NCBI GenBank assembly: GCA_965243025.1
Contig: CBDETY010000003.1
Coordinates: 2,560,001-2,624,000, forward strand
Origin: Candidatus Latescibacterota bacterium
GTDB lineage: Bacteria; Latescibacterota; UBA2968; UBA8231
DNA: 64,000 bases
Reading direction: 5' to 3'
Under the pieces are notes generated by a model. It was not told the origin of the DNA. It worked only from the letters and a program-made list of their open reading frames with translations, and did not search any database. The position numbers and the translations under genes are program-made. Within the stretch, counting starts at the first letter, position 1. Every line of letters begins with the position of its first letter. Positions 19,376 to 29,046 of the stretch are shown here, one piece after another.

Positions 19376-19612
19376 TCAGTTCAGCGGATTCCGGTACTGA
19401 AGCCCGGCGGTTGCCGACCTCGCCGCGTACGCAAGCATCTCCTCCTGCAGGTCGACCGGGATCCCCGCAAGCTCGACCTGAGCCGCGCCTGCGGGGATCT
19501 CCTCGCGTGCGCAGACCCAGTGCCCCTCCTCCTGCCTCCAGCGCAGCGGCGGAGCGCTGCCGGGTCCCCGCGTGTAGAACTCCTGCCCTTCGGCAAGGAC
19601 TTCGAGGTTCAT
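19376..19612 (-). CDS. Small hypothetical protein
   Basis: 78 aa, coding bias, starts 10 nt after the upstream stop. Confidence 0.65.
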   Translation of the reverse strand: MNLEVLAEGQEFYTRGPGSAPPLRWRQEEGHWVCAREEIPAGAAQVELAGIPVDLQEEMLAYAARSATAGLQYRNPLN

Positions 19613-19622
19613 CTTCTTCCGC

Positions 19623-20216
19623 TCAGACGTGGGGGCCGCGGTCCCTGATGATGCGGACCGCCAGCTCCGGGTCGATCTGAAAGATCATCTCCGGCTCGAT
19701 GGTGATCCCGCCGGGCAGGTCGAAGCCGGCGACGGCGCTGCGCGTGTGCCACCCGGACAGCGACGAGTCCAGCCCGTCCGTGGCCGAGCTGGAAAGCGGT
19801 CCGCCGAAGACGTCGTGAAACAGTCCGGAGTACCCGTCGACGACACCCGGCGACTTGGTGAAGGTCCCGCCTCCCGGTGAGTTGACCATGCCGATGCACT
19901 TGACGCAGTACCAGACGTCGTTGAGCGTGCCCTCGGGATCGAGCGCCCAGTGCAGGCTCTTCAGGTGGTTGATCCCGGCCTCGCGGCCGGCCGCGTAGCC
20001 TCGCTCCATGTCGGCGTCGTCGTCGGCCATCCCCCCCTGCCCTCCCCCGGTTCCCGAGGTGAAAACCAGGCCGGACGGAGTGAAGGTCACGTTGGCGATT
20101 CGCCGGCCTTTCGGACCGGAGACCGACTCCTCCTTTGACCCCAGATCGATACCCAGCTCCCCGATGCGGTCGTAGACATCGAAGTTGCGTTTCCAGTCGT
20201 CGTGCAGTGTGCCCAT
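19623..20216 (-). CDS. RidA/YjgF family protein
   Basis: LVFTSG, VKCIGMVNS, VVDGYS, HTRSAV (catalytic Arg), LP...IEPE. Confidence 0.8.
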   Translation of the reverse strand: MGTLHDDWKRNFDVYDRIGELGIDLGSKEESVSGPKGRRIANVTFTPSGLVFTSGTGGGQGGMADDDADMERGYAAGREAGINHLKSLHWALDPEGTLNDVWYCVKCIGMVNSPGGGTFTKSPGVVDGYSGLFHDVFGGPLSSSATDGLDSSLSGWHTRSAVAGFDLPGGITIEPEMIFQIDPELAVRIIRDRGPHV

Positions 20217-20306
20217 CTTGCGGTTTCTCCTTCCGGCTGAGGCAAATGATTCGATTGCGGGTCGAGGATTACGGTCCTTTTTCCCGCGCCCGTTCGTTCA
20301 TGCGAG

Positions 20307-20315
20307 TGTTATAAT
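20307..20315 (+). promoter_or_regulatory. Extended -10 promoter (TGnTATAAT) for pgi
   Basis: TGTTATAAT about 115 nt upstream of pgi. Confidence 0.55.
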
Positions 20316-20430
20316 TTGAGCCCCTGCCGTTTTTCAGCAAAGCCCATGCAAACCCGGTTCCCGAATCTTCCGCCCGCGAAAATGAGGTTCCTTTCGGGAC
20401 ATCTGCCTCCCATTTCCGGAGCTTGACCCG

Positions 20431-22140
20431 TTGAACAGCATATCGCGTTCCCGCCTGGCCAGCCTTTCCGAACCTGTTCGAGCCTCCCTGGACAGCATGC
20501 GCGGGGATGCCGTCCTCCACCGCATCTGGAACAGGGACCACACCCTCTGGTCCCCCGATCCGGCGGAAGTCAGCAACCGCATGGGGTGGATGGACAGCCC
20601 CGAAGCCATGGTGCCCGGGATCGGTGAGATCGATCCGGTGGTCGAGGCTGTCTGCGCGAGCGGCTGCACCCATGCCCTTCTCCTCGGCATGGGAGGGTCC
20701 AGCCTGGCGCCCGAGGTGTTGCGAAACATCTTCGGCTTCGCCCCCGGGCATCTCGACCTGTCCGTGCTCGACAGCACCGATCCGGCAGCCGTCCTCGGGC
20801 AGGCGAGGCGGCTCGACCCGCCGCGGACCCTCTTCATAGCCGCCACAAAGTCGGGAGGCACGGTCGAGACCCTCTCCTTCCTCAAGTACTTCTACAACGT
20901 CCTTCACGATGCCCTCGGACCGGAGATGGCGGGAGACCGGTTCATCGCCATCACCGACCCCGGCAGCGGCCTCGAGGAGCTGGCCCGGGGTCTCGGTTTC
21001 CGCCATCTCTTCCTCAACGACCCTGACATCGGGGGCCGCTACTCGGCGCTTTCCTTCTTCGGAATGGTTCCGGCGCGTCTCGCCGGCATCGACGTCGAGC
21101 GCCTGTTGGAGAGGGGGCGTGAAGCGGTCGAACAGTGCCGGTCAGCAGAGGACAACCCCGGTCTCTTTCTCGGCGCCGCCATCGCCTGCGGCGCCCTCGC
21201 CGGCCGCGACAAGCTGACCCTGGCCGCTTCCCCCGCCATGGCGCCGCTGGGGGCCTGGATCGAACAGCTGATCGCCGAGAGCACCGGCAAGCAGGGCAAG
21301 GGGATCCTCCCGGTCGACGGCGAAACCCTCCCGGGCCCGGAGCATTGCGCCGACGACAGGCTGTTCGTGCGCGTGCGGCTGGCCGGGGACTCCGCCCTCG
21401 ACGGCAGGCTGGAGGCCCTTGCCGCCGCGGGCCACCCCGTTATCACCCTCGATATCGACGATGCCTTCGACGTCGGCGGGCAGTTCGTCATCTGGGAGAT
21501 CGCCACCGTCGTCGCCGCTCACCTGCTCGGGATCAACCCGTACGACCAGCCGGACGTCGAGGCGGCCAAGCGGCTCGCCGGGGAAATGACGGAAGCCTAC
21601 CGACGCGACCGCACCCTGCCGCCCGGGGAGTCCGCACTGGTGGACGGGGACCTGCGGATCAACGGGGCCGGCCCGGGGGATACCTGCCTGGAAGAGGCGC
21701 TGTCGGCCTTGTTCGACGCGGCTGCGACTTCGGGGAAGGTCCGCAGCTACCTCTGCCTGCAGGCCTGGCTCCCCCCGGAGGCGGCGACCGATGCCGCCCT
21801 CGAGCGCCTGCGGCTGGCGATCCGGGACCGCACCGGCCTGGCGGTCACCCTCGGCTACGGGCCGCGCTTCCTGCACTCGACGGGGCAGCTGCACAAGGGG
21901 GACGCCGGGCACGGACTGTTCCTGCAGCTCACCTGCGACGACGCCGAGGACGCCGCCATACCGGACCGTGCCGGGAGCCCTGAATCCGCCATGTCGTTCG
22001 GTGTGCTGAAGGAGGCGCAGGCCCGCGGCGACCGCCAGGCCCTGATCGACGCCGGACGAAAGGTGCTGCGCCTCCACCTCGGGGCCGACGTTCCCGGCGG
22101 TCTCGACAGAATCGCCCGGGCCGCCGCCGAAGCAGGCTGA
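20431..22140 (+). CDS. pgi: Glucose-6-phosphate isomerase (type similar to the Tal-Pgi C-terminal domain)
   Basis: GMGGS, TKSGGTVET, GGRYS, EQLIAESTGK, DQPDVE, HSTGQLHKG. Confidence 0.9.
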   Translation: MNSISRSRLASLSEPVRASLDSMRGDAVLHRIWNRDHTLWSPDPAEVSNRMGWMDSPEAMVPGIGEIDPVVEAVCASGCTHALLLGMGGSSLAPEVLRNIFGFAPGHLDLSVLDSTDPAAVLGQARRLDPPRTLFIAATKSGGTVETLSFLKYFYNVLHDALGPEMAGDRFIAITDPGSGLEELARGLGFRHLFLNDPDIGGRYSALSFFGMVPARLAGIDVERLLERGREAVEQCRSAEDNPGLFLGAAIACGALAGRDKLTLAASPAMAPLGAWIEQLIAESTGKQGKGILPVDGETLPGPEHCADDRLFVRVRLAGDSALDGRLEALAAAGHPVITLDIDDAFDVGGQFVIWEIATVVAAHLLGINPYDQPDVEAAKRLAGEMTEAYRRDRTLPPGESALVDGDLRINGAGPGDTCLEEALSALFDAAATSGKVRSYLCLQAWLPPEAATDAALERLRLAIRDRTGLAVTLGYGPRFLHSTGQLHKGDAGHGLFLQLTCDDAEDAAIPDRAGSPESAMSFGVLKEAQARGDRQALIDAGRKVLRLHLGADVPGGLDRIARAAAEAG

Positions 22141-22205
22141 CGGTCTTCAGCTGCCGTTTTCTGCCGGCACGGGTCTCCGCCCCGGCCGAGGCGGGTCCGT
22201 CGGCA

Positions 22206-23099
22206 TCACAGCCGCTTTCCCGAAAGCTGCGCCCGCAGCATCTCGACGAAGGCGGCTGCCGCCGGGGAACGCCGCCTGCCCTTGTGCTCGACGAGGCCGA
22301 TGTCGCGGGCCGGCAGCCCGGCGACAGGCACCGCGGCAAGCCTCCCCGACGCGGTCTCGGCGGCGACCGCCACCTCGGGCACCAGGGCGAGCCCGAGCCC
22401 GATCTCGACGAACCTCTTGAGCACCTCGATGCTGCCGAGGTTCATCGCCACCTCGACGTCGAGACCGGCGCGCAGGAACATCTCGTCCATCAGCTTCCGC
22501 GTCGTGCTTCCCTGCTCGAGCGCCAGCAGCGGCTGCGCCGCCACTCTCTTCAGGGTCGTCGAGCGCTTTCCCGCCAGCTCGTGGTCGGGCGGGCATATGA
22601 GGACGTCGCGCCGCGCGAACAGGACCTCGTTTTCGAGGCTGCGGTGGCGGACCGGAAGGGTCGCCAGCCCGAGGTCGACCTCGTCACCGAGCACCATGCG
22701 CCCCACCTCGGACGACATCTTGTTGCGTATGTCGATTTCGACCTCGGGAAAGCGGTCGCGAAAGTCCCGCAGCACCGGCGGCAGCACGTACGAGCAGTTG
22801 GTGTCGCTCGTGCCGATCACCAGCCTCCCCCGCAGCACCTGCCGCAGGCCCTCGATCTCGGCGCGGGCGGCGGCGAGCTCGTCGAACACCGCCCTGGCCC
22901 GCCTGAACAGGATCTCCCCCGCCGGGGTCAGCCGGGCGTTGCGGCGGCGGCGCTCGAACAGCGTCTCCCCCAGCTCCTCCTCGAGCCCCTTGAGCTGCAG
23001 GCTGATCGCCGGCTGCGTCAGGTAGAGCTTGTCAGCTGCGCGGGTGAAGCTTCCCTCGCGCGCCACCTCGAAAAAACCCTGCAGTTGATGCAGCTCCAT
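22206..23099 (-). CDS. LysR family regulator (CysL-like)
   Basis: SFTRAADKLYLTQPAIS helix-turn-helix; AGGAGG RBS. Confidence 0.95.
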   Translation of the reverse strand: MELHQLQGFFEVAREGSFTRAADKLYLTQPAISLQLKGLEEELGETLFERRRRNARLTPAGEILFRRARAVFDELAAARAEIEGLRQVLRGRLVIGTSDTNCSYVLPPVLRDFRDRFPEVEIDIRNKMSSEVGRMVLGDEVDLGLATLPVRHRSLENEVLFARRDVLICPPDHELAGKRSTTLKRVAAQPLLALEQGSTTRKLMDEMFLRAGLDVEVAMNLGSIEVLKRFVEIGLGLALVPEVAVAAETASGRLAAVPVAGLPARDIGLVEHKGRRRSPAAAAFVEMLRAQLSGKRL

Positions 23100-23144
23100 G
23101 ACCTCCTCCTGCGATATTGAAAAATTATGGTATTCATGAAATAT

Positions 23145-23159
23145 ATAAATTTTGATTAT
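23145..23159. promoter_or_regulatory. LysR-type T-N11-A box in an AT-rich divergent promoter
   Basis: ATAAATTTTGATTAT between lysR and the purA-like gene. Confidence 0.6.
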
Positions 23160-23242
23160 GCTCGCCCGGACGGTATCCTCGATTGCCAACGGCGCGCGCC
23201 GCTCGGCGAAGTCAACGCCAACTGGATTCAGGAGAATGGAGA

Positions 23243-24265
23243 ATGAACGCCATCATCGTCGTCGACGCTTTCTGGGGGGATTCAGGCAAGGGCAAGATCT
23301 CGGCCTGGCTGTCCCGCAAACACAGGGCCGCGTTCTGTGTCCGCGCCGGCACCGGAACCAACGCCGGCCACAGCGTCTATTTCGAGGACGGCCGCGAAAT
23401 CCGCACCCACCAGCTGCCCTGCGGATTCCTCGACCCCGGAACCGAACTGCGCGTCGGCAGCGGCGTCGCCGTCGACCCGCAGAAGCTGACCTCCGAGATC
23501 GCCGCCCACGAGGAGGCCTTCCGGCTCTCCGGCCGCGTCCGCGTCGACTACCGCTGTCCCGTCATCCTGCCGGAGTACCGCGAGCGCGAGGCCGCGGACC
23601 CGCACCTGACCGGCATCGGCACGGTCGCCAGCGGCACCGGCGTCGCCCGGGCCGAGTTCGTCATGCGCAGGGCGCGGCAGGCCCGGGACATCGAGGAGCT
23701 GGCGCCGCTGACCGCGGACGTGGCGCGAGAGCTGAACACCGCCTGCGCCGCCGGGGAGACGGTGGTGATCGAGGGCAGCCAGGGCACCCACCTGTCGCTC
23801 GCCCTGACTTCCGACTACCCGTTCTGCACCAGCGACAACTGCACCGCCGCGGCCCTTGCCGACGACGCCGGGCTCAGCTGGCGGCACATCGGCGAGGTCG
23901 TGCTCGTCGTCAAGGCGCTGCCGAGCCGGGTCGGCGCCGGGCCGCTGCCGCTGCAGCTTCCGGAAGCGGACGTGGAGGAGCGGGAGATCGTCGAACATGG
24001 GGTCACCAGCGGCAGGCGCCGGCGCAAGGCCGCCGGCATCTCCTGGGAGCACCTCGAAGAGGCGGTCATGCTCAACGGCCCGACCGCGGTAGCGCTGACC
24101 TTCTGCGACCATCTCGACCGCGCCGTCGAGGGCGCGCGCTCCGCCGCCGGCCTCACCGCTCCGGTCCGCGAACTGATCGCCGAGATCGAACGGCGATGCG
24201 GCGTTCCGGTGACCTTGTGCGACTGCGGGCGATACTTCGAGGACCTGGTCGAGCTGCCTGGCTAG
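23243..24265 (+). CDS. purA: Adenylosuccinate synthetase-like protein, short archaeal type, divergent
   Basis: WGDSGKGK, GTNAGH, EGSQG, YPFCTS, SRVGAGP, GRRRR; 340 aa. Confidence 0.8.
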   Translation: MNAIIVVDAFWGDSGKGKISAWLSRKHRAAFCVRAGTGTNAGHSVYFEDGREIRTHQLPCGFLDPGTELRVGSGVAVDPQKLTSEIAAHEEAFRLSGRVRVDYRCPVILPEYREREAADPHLTGIGTVASGTGVARAEFVMRRARQARDIEELAPLTADVARELNTACAAGETVVIEGSQGTHLSLALTSDYPFCTSDNCTAAALADDAGLSWRHIGEVVLVVKALPSRVGAGPLPLQLPEADVEEREIVEHGVTSGRRRRKAAGISWEHLEEAVMLNGPTAVALTFCDHLDRAVEGARSAAGLTAPVRELIAEIERRCGVPVTLCDCGRYFEDLVELPG

Positions 24266-24303
24266 TCTGGGGATCGGTGCCGCCTGAGGGCGCTTGCGCT
24301 TCG

Positions 24304-25197
24304 CTACGCAGCAGCGGGGCCTGTATCGCGCAGGCCGGGGGGACGCCAGCGCTCGGTGAGCCTCGGGGCATGTGAGCGCACTGCGATCGAGAGCCGCTCC
24401 AGTCCGTCGACCTCGACGTCGACGCGGTCCCCGTCGTTGATGTTGCAGAGGCCCCCGTGGTGCGTGCCGCACGCGATCACGTCGCCGGGCATGAGGGTGA
24501 TGTAGCGGCTGAGCCAGACGATCTGCTCGGCGATCGGGTACGCCATCGCCGACGTGCTGTAGTCCTGCTGGAGCTCCTCGTTCAGCCACAGCCGCACCCG
24601 CACGTCCTGCGGGTCGGGGATCTCGTCCCTGGTGACGAGCGCGGGGCCCATCGGCGCCCAGCCGTCGATCCCCTTGGAGAGGAAGGTGGTGCGCCGCCCC
24701 TGCAGGCCCCGGCAGGAGACGTCGATGAAGTTGACGTACCCGAAGACGTGGTCCATGGCCTCTTCCCCGGACACGTGCCGCCCCTGCCTGCCGATCACGT
24801 ATGCGATCTCCGGCTCCGGCTGATAGGCCGAGGCGCCTTCGAGGTCGGGTACCTCAATCGTCGCTCCCGTGCCGACGATGCTCGTCGCGCCCTTGTAGAA
24901 GAAATCGATCATGCCTCTCTGCGCGCCCTCCCGTTCCAGGTAGTTCGAGAACGCGCAGAGAAGGTGGCGCGGCCGCGGCAGCGGCGCCCGGACCTGCACG
25001 GAATCGATGGGTACGCCCCTCTCGCTCTCTGCCAGCTGCTCGAACTGCGGGCGGTACTCGTCGAAGGCTTCGATCACCGCTTCCATGCGCCATTGCGCCG
25101 GCTGCTCAGCCAGGCTGCCGAGTACCGGACCGAGGTCCACCAACCGGCCATCGCGGAGCAGGCCGGTCCTGTCGTCATCGAACAGGACGAGCTTCAT
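24304..25197 (-). CDS. Fumarylacetoacetate hydrolase family protein
   Basis: EPEIAYVIG, DVSCR, SKG, PMGP, PGDVIACGT. Confidence 0.92.
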   Translation of the reverse strand: MKLVLFDDDRTGLLRDGRLVDLGPVLGSLAEQPAQWRMEAVIEAFDEYRPQFEQLAESERGVPIDSVQVRAPLPRPRHLLCAFSNYLEREGAQRGMIDFFYKGATSIVGTGATIEVPDLEGASAYQPEPEIAYVIGRQGRHVSGEEAMDHVFGYVNFIDVSCRGLQGRRTTFLSKGIDGWAPMGPALVTRDEIPDPQDVRVRLWLNEELQQDYSTSAMAYPIAEQIVWLSRYITLMPGDVIACGTHHGGLCNINDGDRVDVEVDGLERLSIAVRSHAPRLTERWRPPGLRDTGPAAA

Positions 25198-25328
25198 TCG
25201 TTCCTCCTATGAAAAAAACGCGCCTCCCACTGGAGCACCCGGTGTCCTGTCACGGAAAAGGTTGAAAAAAATACGGCCGCAAATTACCAGCGCAGGCTGC
25301 TGGCCTGGACCGGGATCTCCTTCGACAA

Positions 25329-26243
25329 TCAATCCGCGCTGATGTCCTTCGCCGCCCAGCCCGGATCGGGATCGCCGGCCATCGCCTTGCGAACGTCGGG
25401 GCCGGGCGGACCGGCCGTACCCCAGATGTCCGCAGTTTCCGGCACCCGTCTCCACACCGCGGGTTCGTGTGTTGCTTCGTCCTCGACGTACTCCAGGTCG
25501 CTGGAGAGTTCTACCACGTATCCGGCCGGATCCCTGTAGTAGCAGAAGATGTTGTTGCCCGGGCCGTGGCGCCCCGGTCCCCAGGCGGGTTCCCACCCCC
25601 GGGCGCGCAGGTTGGAGACCCCTTTCATCACGTCGTCCACGTTGGCCATTGCGTACGCGACATGGTGGACCGATGCGTGGTCCGCGCGATTGAAGACGAT
25701 GGCGTGATGTCTCCGGTCGCATCGCAGGAAGACCATCTGGTCCTCGATCCGGTCCGAGACCCGAAACCCGAGAACATCGGTGTAGAACTCCACGATCTGC
25801 ACCAACCCCGGAGTGTTGAGACCGACGTGGCACAGCCGGCGGGGGCCGACTTTGCTGGCAGGCCAGCAGTTGGGATGTTCGGCCACGCCGGCCGACAGCT
25901 CGATGCAGCGGTTCTCCGGGTCGAGAAACCGCAGCCCGTATCCGCCGCCGGGTTCGTCCAGGTCGTCGGGCTGCGCCAGGAGGGTGGTTCCGCGCCGTTC
26001 GAGCTCGGTCGCCGTCGCGTCGACTGCTGCGCGTCCCTCGAGACTGAAGGCCAGGTGATGGAGCCCGGTCCGGCCGGCCGGATGGAGGCTGAGAACGTGG
26101 TGTCCGGTCGACGCGGCGCGGAGATATCGCGCGTGCCGGTCTTCTGCGGCCGGTTGGAGTCCCAGGACCTCGAGGTGGTAGCCGGCGTGGGAGGCGATCT
26201 CCGGCGACAACAACCCCACGTGGCGGATGCCCTGGATCTTCAC
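25329..26243 (-). CDS. Two-domain VOC protein, extradiol dioxygenase-like
   Basis: GTG start overlapping the upstream stop; HVGL, HHVAY, GPGRHGPG...YYRDPAG...E. Confidence 0.9.
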   Translation of the reverse strand: MKIQGIRHVGLLSPEIASHAGYHLEVLGLQPAAEDRHARYLRAASTGHHVLSLHPAGRTGLHHLAFSLEGRAAVDATATELERRGTTLLAQPDDLDEPGGGYGLRFLDPENRCIELSAGVAEHPNCWPASKVGPRRLCHVGLNTPGLVQIVEFYTDVLGFRVSDRIEDQMVFLRCDRRHHAIVFNRADHASVHHVAYAMANVDDVMKGVSNLRARGWEPAWGPGRHGPGNNIFCYYRDPAGYVVELSSDLEYVEDEATHEPAVWRRVPETADIWGTAGPPGPDVRKAMAGDPDPGWAAKDISAD

Positions 26244-26917
26244 GGCTTCCTCCGGGTCAGATCGATCTTCAAGTCCCGCCGGATGTAGATCTCGACGAAC
26301 TCCCGCAGCCAGACTTCCTTCGCAAGGGTGAACCGCTCGATCAGTCTCGGCTCGGGCCGGTCCGTGAGATAGACGATGCGCCACAGGTTGAGGGGTCGCA
26401 GTTCGTCACCATCGACCGAATGCTCTACGTGAAAGAGCGGCTGTTCTTCGCCCGCTCGAAGCAGGTTCCCGTCTCCGTCGAGGAGTTCCGCTGCCCCGAT
26501 GAAAGTGGCACTCTGCCGCGCCGGGTTGAGGAAGACCTGTTCCAGGACCAACCCGTGCTCCGACGGCTCTAGCCAGAGGCGCTGCCGCGAGCATCGCACG
26601 AAGGATTCGGCTCCGCCGGCCTCCCCCCGGCGGCGCCAGTAGCTGGAGCTTCCCTCCGATACGACAGAGGGTATGTAGAGGTCGGGCCGGAACGCCTTCT
26701 TCACCTCCATGTCCCACAGCATGGTCCGGGTGAACCTCAGCGGTTCGCCCGTGCGGTAATGCCCGGCGAGCACCCGGTTGACGTCGACCGGGGACAGCTC
26801 GATCCGGGTGTTGCCCGGTTCGGTCCAGGCCCGCTCGAACTCTTCCTCATGATTCAGCCGGGTGACCGGCTTCGCCGTCTCCTCCGGAGGGCCGGCATCT
26901 TCCGCTTCGCTTCTCAC
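26240..26917 (-). CDS. Hypothetical protein, possibly SRPBCC/AtaL(DUF1857)-like
   Basis: LWDMEVKKAFRPDLYIP resembles the DUF1857 N-terminus; translationally coupled on both sides. Confidence 0.6.
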   Translation of the reverse strand: MRSEAEDAGPPEETAKPVTRLNHEEEFERAWTEPGNTRIELSPVDVNRVLAGHYRTGEPLRFTRTMLWDMEVKKAFRPDLYIPSVVSEGSSSYWRRRGEAGGAESFVRCSRQRLWLEPSEHGLVLEQVFLNPARQSATFIGAAELLDGDGNLLRAGEEQPLFHVEHSVDGDELRPLNLWRIVYLTDRPEPRLIERFTLAKEVWLREFVEIYIRRDLKIDLTRRKP

Positions 26918-28689
26918 GACGCCCTCTCCCGGCTCTTCCCGTGGCCGGTCTCCGGGACTTTCACGTGGACGGTCACGATTTCCGTGTCGTGGAACTGCTG
27001 GTGGCGAACGGAGGAGGCGATGTGCCGCAACAGCCGCAGCGAGACCTCCCGCTCCATCAGCACGTCGTCAGGGGTCTCGGTGAGCAGTGCGATCCTGTTC
27101 TGAAGGTTCTCCTCGCCGGAGGCTGCGACGAACTCGAGGACGGCGCCGTCCGCTTCCTTGCGCGCCTGCAGCAGCAGGCGCCGCCGGTCGCGCTCTCCGT
27201 GGTCCTCCTCCTCGCCGATCAGCGTCAGAATCGTTTCCTCGGTGGCGGCGTCGAGGCGGTCGACCATGCCCGCCCCCCAGCCGCTGCGGGACGCGAAGGC
27301 AGCGAGAAACTCCCTGATTTTCGGCAGCACGGACAGGTCGAGCTCCCCTTCGATCCGGCTGCGGCGCGGGGCCGTCGCTTCCAGGAACAGGGTCATGAGG
27401 ATCGCCACGATGCCCCCGGCGGTTATGCCGTTCTTCAGCAGGCCGCCCGCAAGCTCCGAGAGAAGCCCGGGAAACAGCAGGTCGTTCTGGCAGCCGACGC
27501 CGACCCAGAAAGCGACGCCGCAGATCATTCCCTTGCGGTGATCGATGCCGCCCTGCACGACCTCCGTCATGCCGCGCACGAAGGTCATCGCCAATACGAC
27601 GGTCAGGTAGGCGACGATGACCGGGCTGGGTATCGCCAGGATCATGGCGAGGACCTTGGGCAGGAAGGCCACCGCCACCAGCACGCCGCCGGCGGCGATC
27701 CCGACGCGGCGTGCCGCCACCCCGGTCAGCTCGATCGTGGGGGCGCTGACCGCAATGGTCTGCGTCGGCACGATCGCCGCGAGGCCGGACAGCAGCTTGC
27801 CGATGCCGTCGGCGGCCACCGCGCCCTCCACCGAGCGGTAGTCCACGGCCCGCGGCCGGCGCCACGATACGCGCTGGATGGCGACGGCGCCGGTGATCGT
27901 CTGGATGGCGCCGATGAGGGACACGAACACGAAGGCCGGAAGAAGCCCGACGAAGGCCGGACCGAGATCGAGCCCGATTCCCGGCCAGCCGCCCTGCGGC
28001 AGACCGACCCACGGAGCCCGGGTCACCAGGTCGAAGTCATACAGACCCAGCGATCCGCCGATTGCCGAACCCGCGATGACCCCGGCGAGGGGAGCCCACA
28101 GACGCAACGTCGCCCCCGCCTTCAGGGAGATGCCGCTGATGACCAGAATCGTGGCTACAGCAGTGAACGCCGGACCGAGCGCCATGTCGTGCGGCGCGTC
28201 GGCCAGGCGGCTGAAAACGACGGGCAGCACGGTCGCCGGTACGAGCAGGTTCACGGTGCCGACGATGGTCGGCGTCAGAAGCCGCCTGAACAGGGCGAGG
28301 CGCATCGAAATCACGATCGGGACGAGCGACGAGGCGACGACCAGGGTCGCGAGCAGCGCCGGACCGCCCTGGTCGAGGGCACTGACGCAGACCCCGATGA
28401 AGGCCCCGGCGGGGCCCATGAACAGCAGATAGCCCGCTCCGACCCTGCCAAGCCGAAGCGCTTGCAGAGCCGTGCAGATGCCGCTGACGGCGACCGCGCC
28501 GAACACGGCCCAGGACAGGAAGGCGTCGGTTCCGCCGCCGGCCCGGATGACGATCGTGGGGATGAAGATGATGCTGGTTATGCCGAGAACAACCAGCTGC
28601 AGGCCGCAACCCAGAGACAGGAGCGGCGGAGGATTCTCGTCGGGTTCGTAGCGAATTCCGGAATCCGGTTGCTGGTCACGGCTGCTCAC
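26914..28689 (-). CDS. NCS2 (xanthine/uracil permease) family transporter with a C-terminal GHKL/RsbW-like domain
   Basis: YEPDENPP...GLQ, SGICTALQ, ADGIG, LTGVAARR, FLPK; about 150 aa soluble C-terminal tail. Confidence 0.85.
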   Translation of the reverse strand: MSSRDQQPDSGIRYEPDENPPPLLSLGCGLQLVVLGITSIIFIPTIVIRAGGGTDAFLSWAVFGAVAVSGICTALQALRLGRVGAGYLLFMGPAGAFIGVCVSALDQGGPALLATLVVASSLVPIVISMRLALFRRLLTPTIVGTVNLLVPATVLPVVFSRLADAPHDMALGPAFTAVATILVISGISLKAGATLRLWAPLAGVIAGSAIGGSLGLYDFDLVTRAPWVGLPQGGWPGIGLDLGPAFVGLLPAFVFVSLIGAIQTITGAVAIQRVSWRRPRAVDYRSVEGAVAADGIGKLLSGLAAIVPTQTIAVSAPTIELTGVAARRVGIAAGGVLVAVAFLPKVLAMILAIPSPVIVAYLTVVLAMTFVRGMTEVVQGGIDHRKGMICGVAFWVGVGCQNDLLFPGLLSELAGGLLKNGITAGGIVAILMTLFLEATAPRRSRIEGELDLSVLPKIREFLAAFASRSGWGAGMVDRLDAATEETILTLIGEEEDHGERDRRRLLLQARKEADGAVLEFVAASGEENLQNRIALLTETPDDVLMEREVSLRLLRHIASSVRHQQFHDTEIVTVHVKVPETGHGKSRERAS

Positions 28690-28972
28690 AGCAGTGTTCC
28701 CTCCAGGGAAGGCGCGTCAACGCTCACGGCGCACGGCCCCGGCTGCGATGTCGGCCGGTTGCTGAGTCCACGTAGTTGCGTATGCGTCGGGGCGGCGAGC
28801 GGACTGAATCGAACGAACCCCGACGAACCAGCTTGCGCCTCACCTGGAGGTGGTGTAACCGGTCCGTCGGGCGACTTCGGCACCGGGGATGCGACCGGCG
28901 ATCGACCACCCGGCAGGTTCACGCCGGCTGAGCCCGGCGGGGCCGACGAGGACCGCTGCAATCGCTGCAGTT

Positions 28973-29026
28973 CCCGCCGGTCACCCGGGGACAGAACGAT
29001 GGGACAATACCCCAGGGACCGGCGGG
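28973..29026. other. Strong stem-loop downstream of yciI
   Basis: CCCGCCGGTC...GACCGGCGGG arms with inner CCGGGG/CCCCAGG pairing. Confidence 0.55.
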
Positions 29027-29046
29027 CAGGGTGATCCGCGGTCAGC

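Noticed and set aside
23243-24265. PurZ (2-aminoadenine synthesis)
   Set aside because: The catalytic Asp is retained (GDSGKG) and there is no phage, datZ or mazZ context.
24266-24355. REP-like sequence at the purA/FAH convergence
   Set aside because: It mostly overlaps the FAH coding tail and no second clear copy was found.
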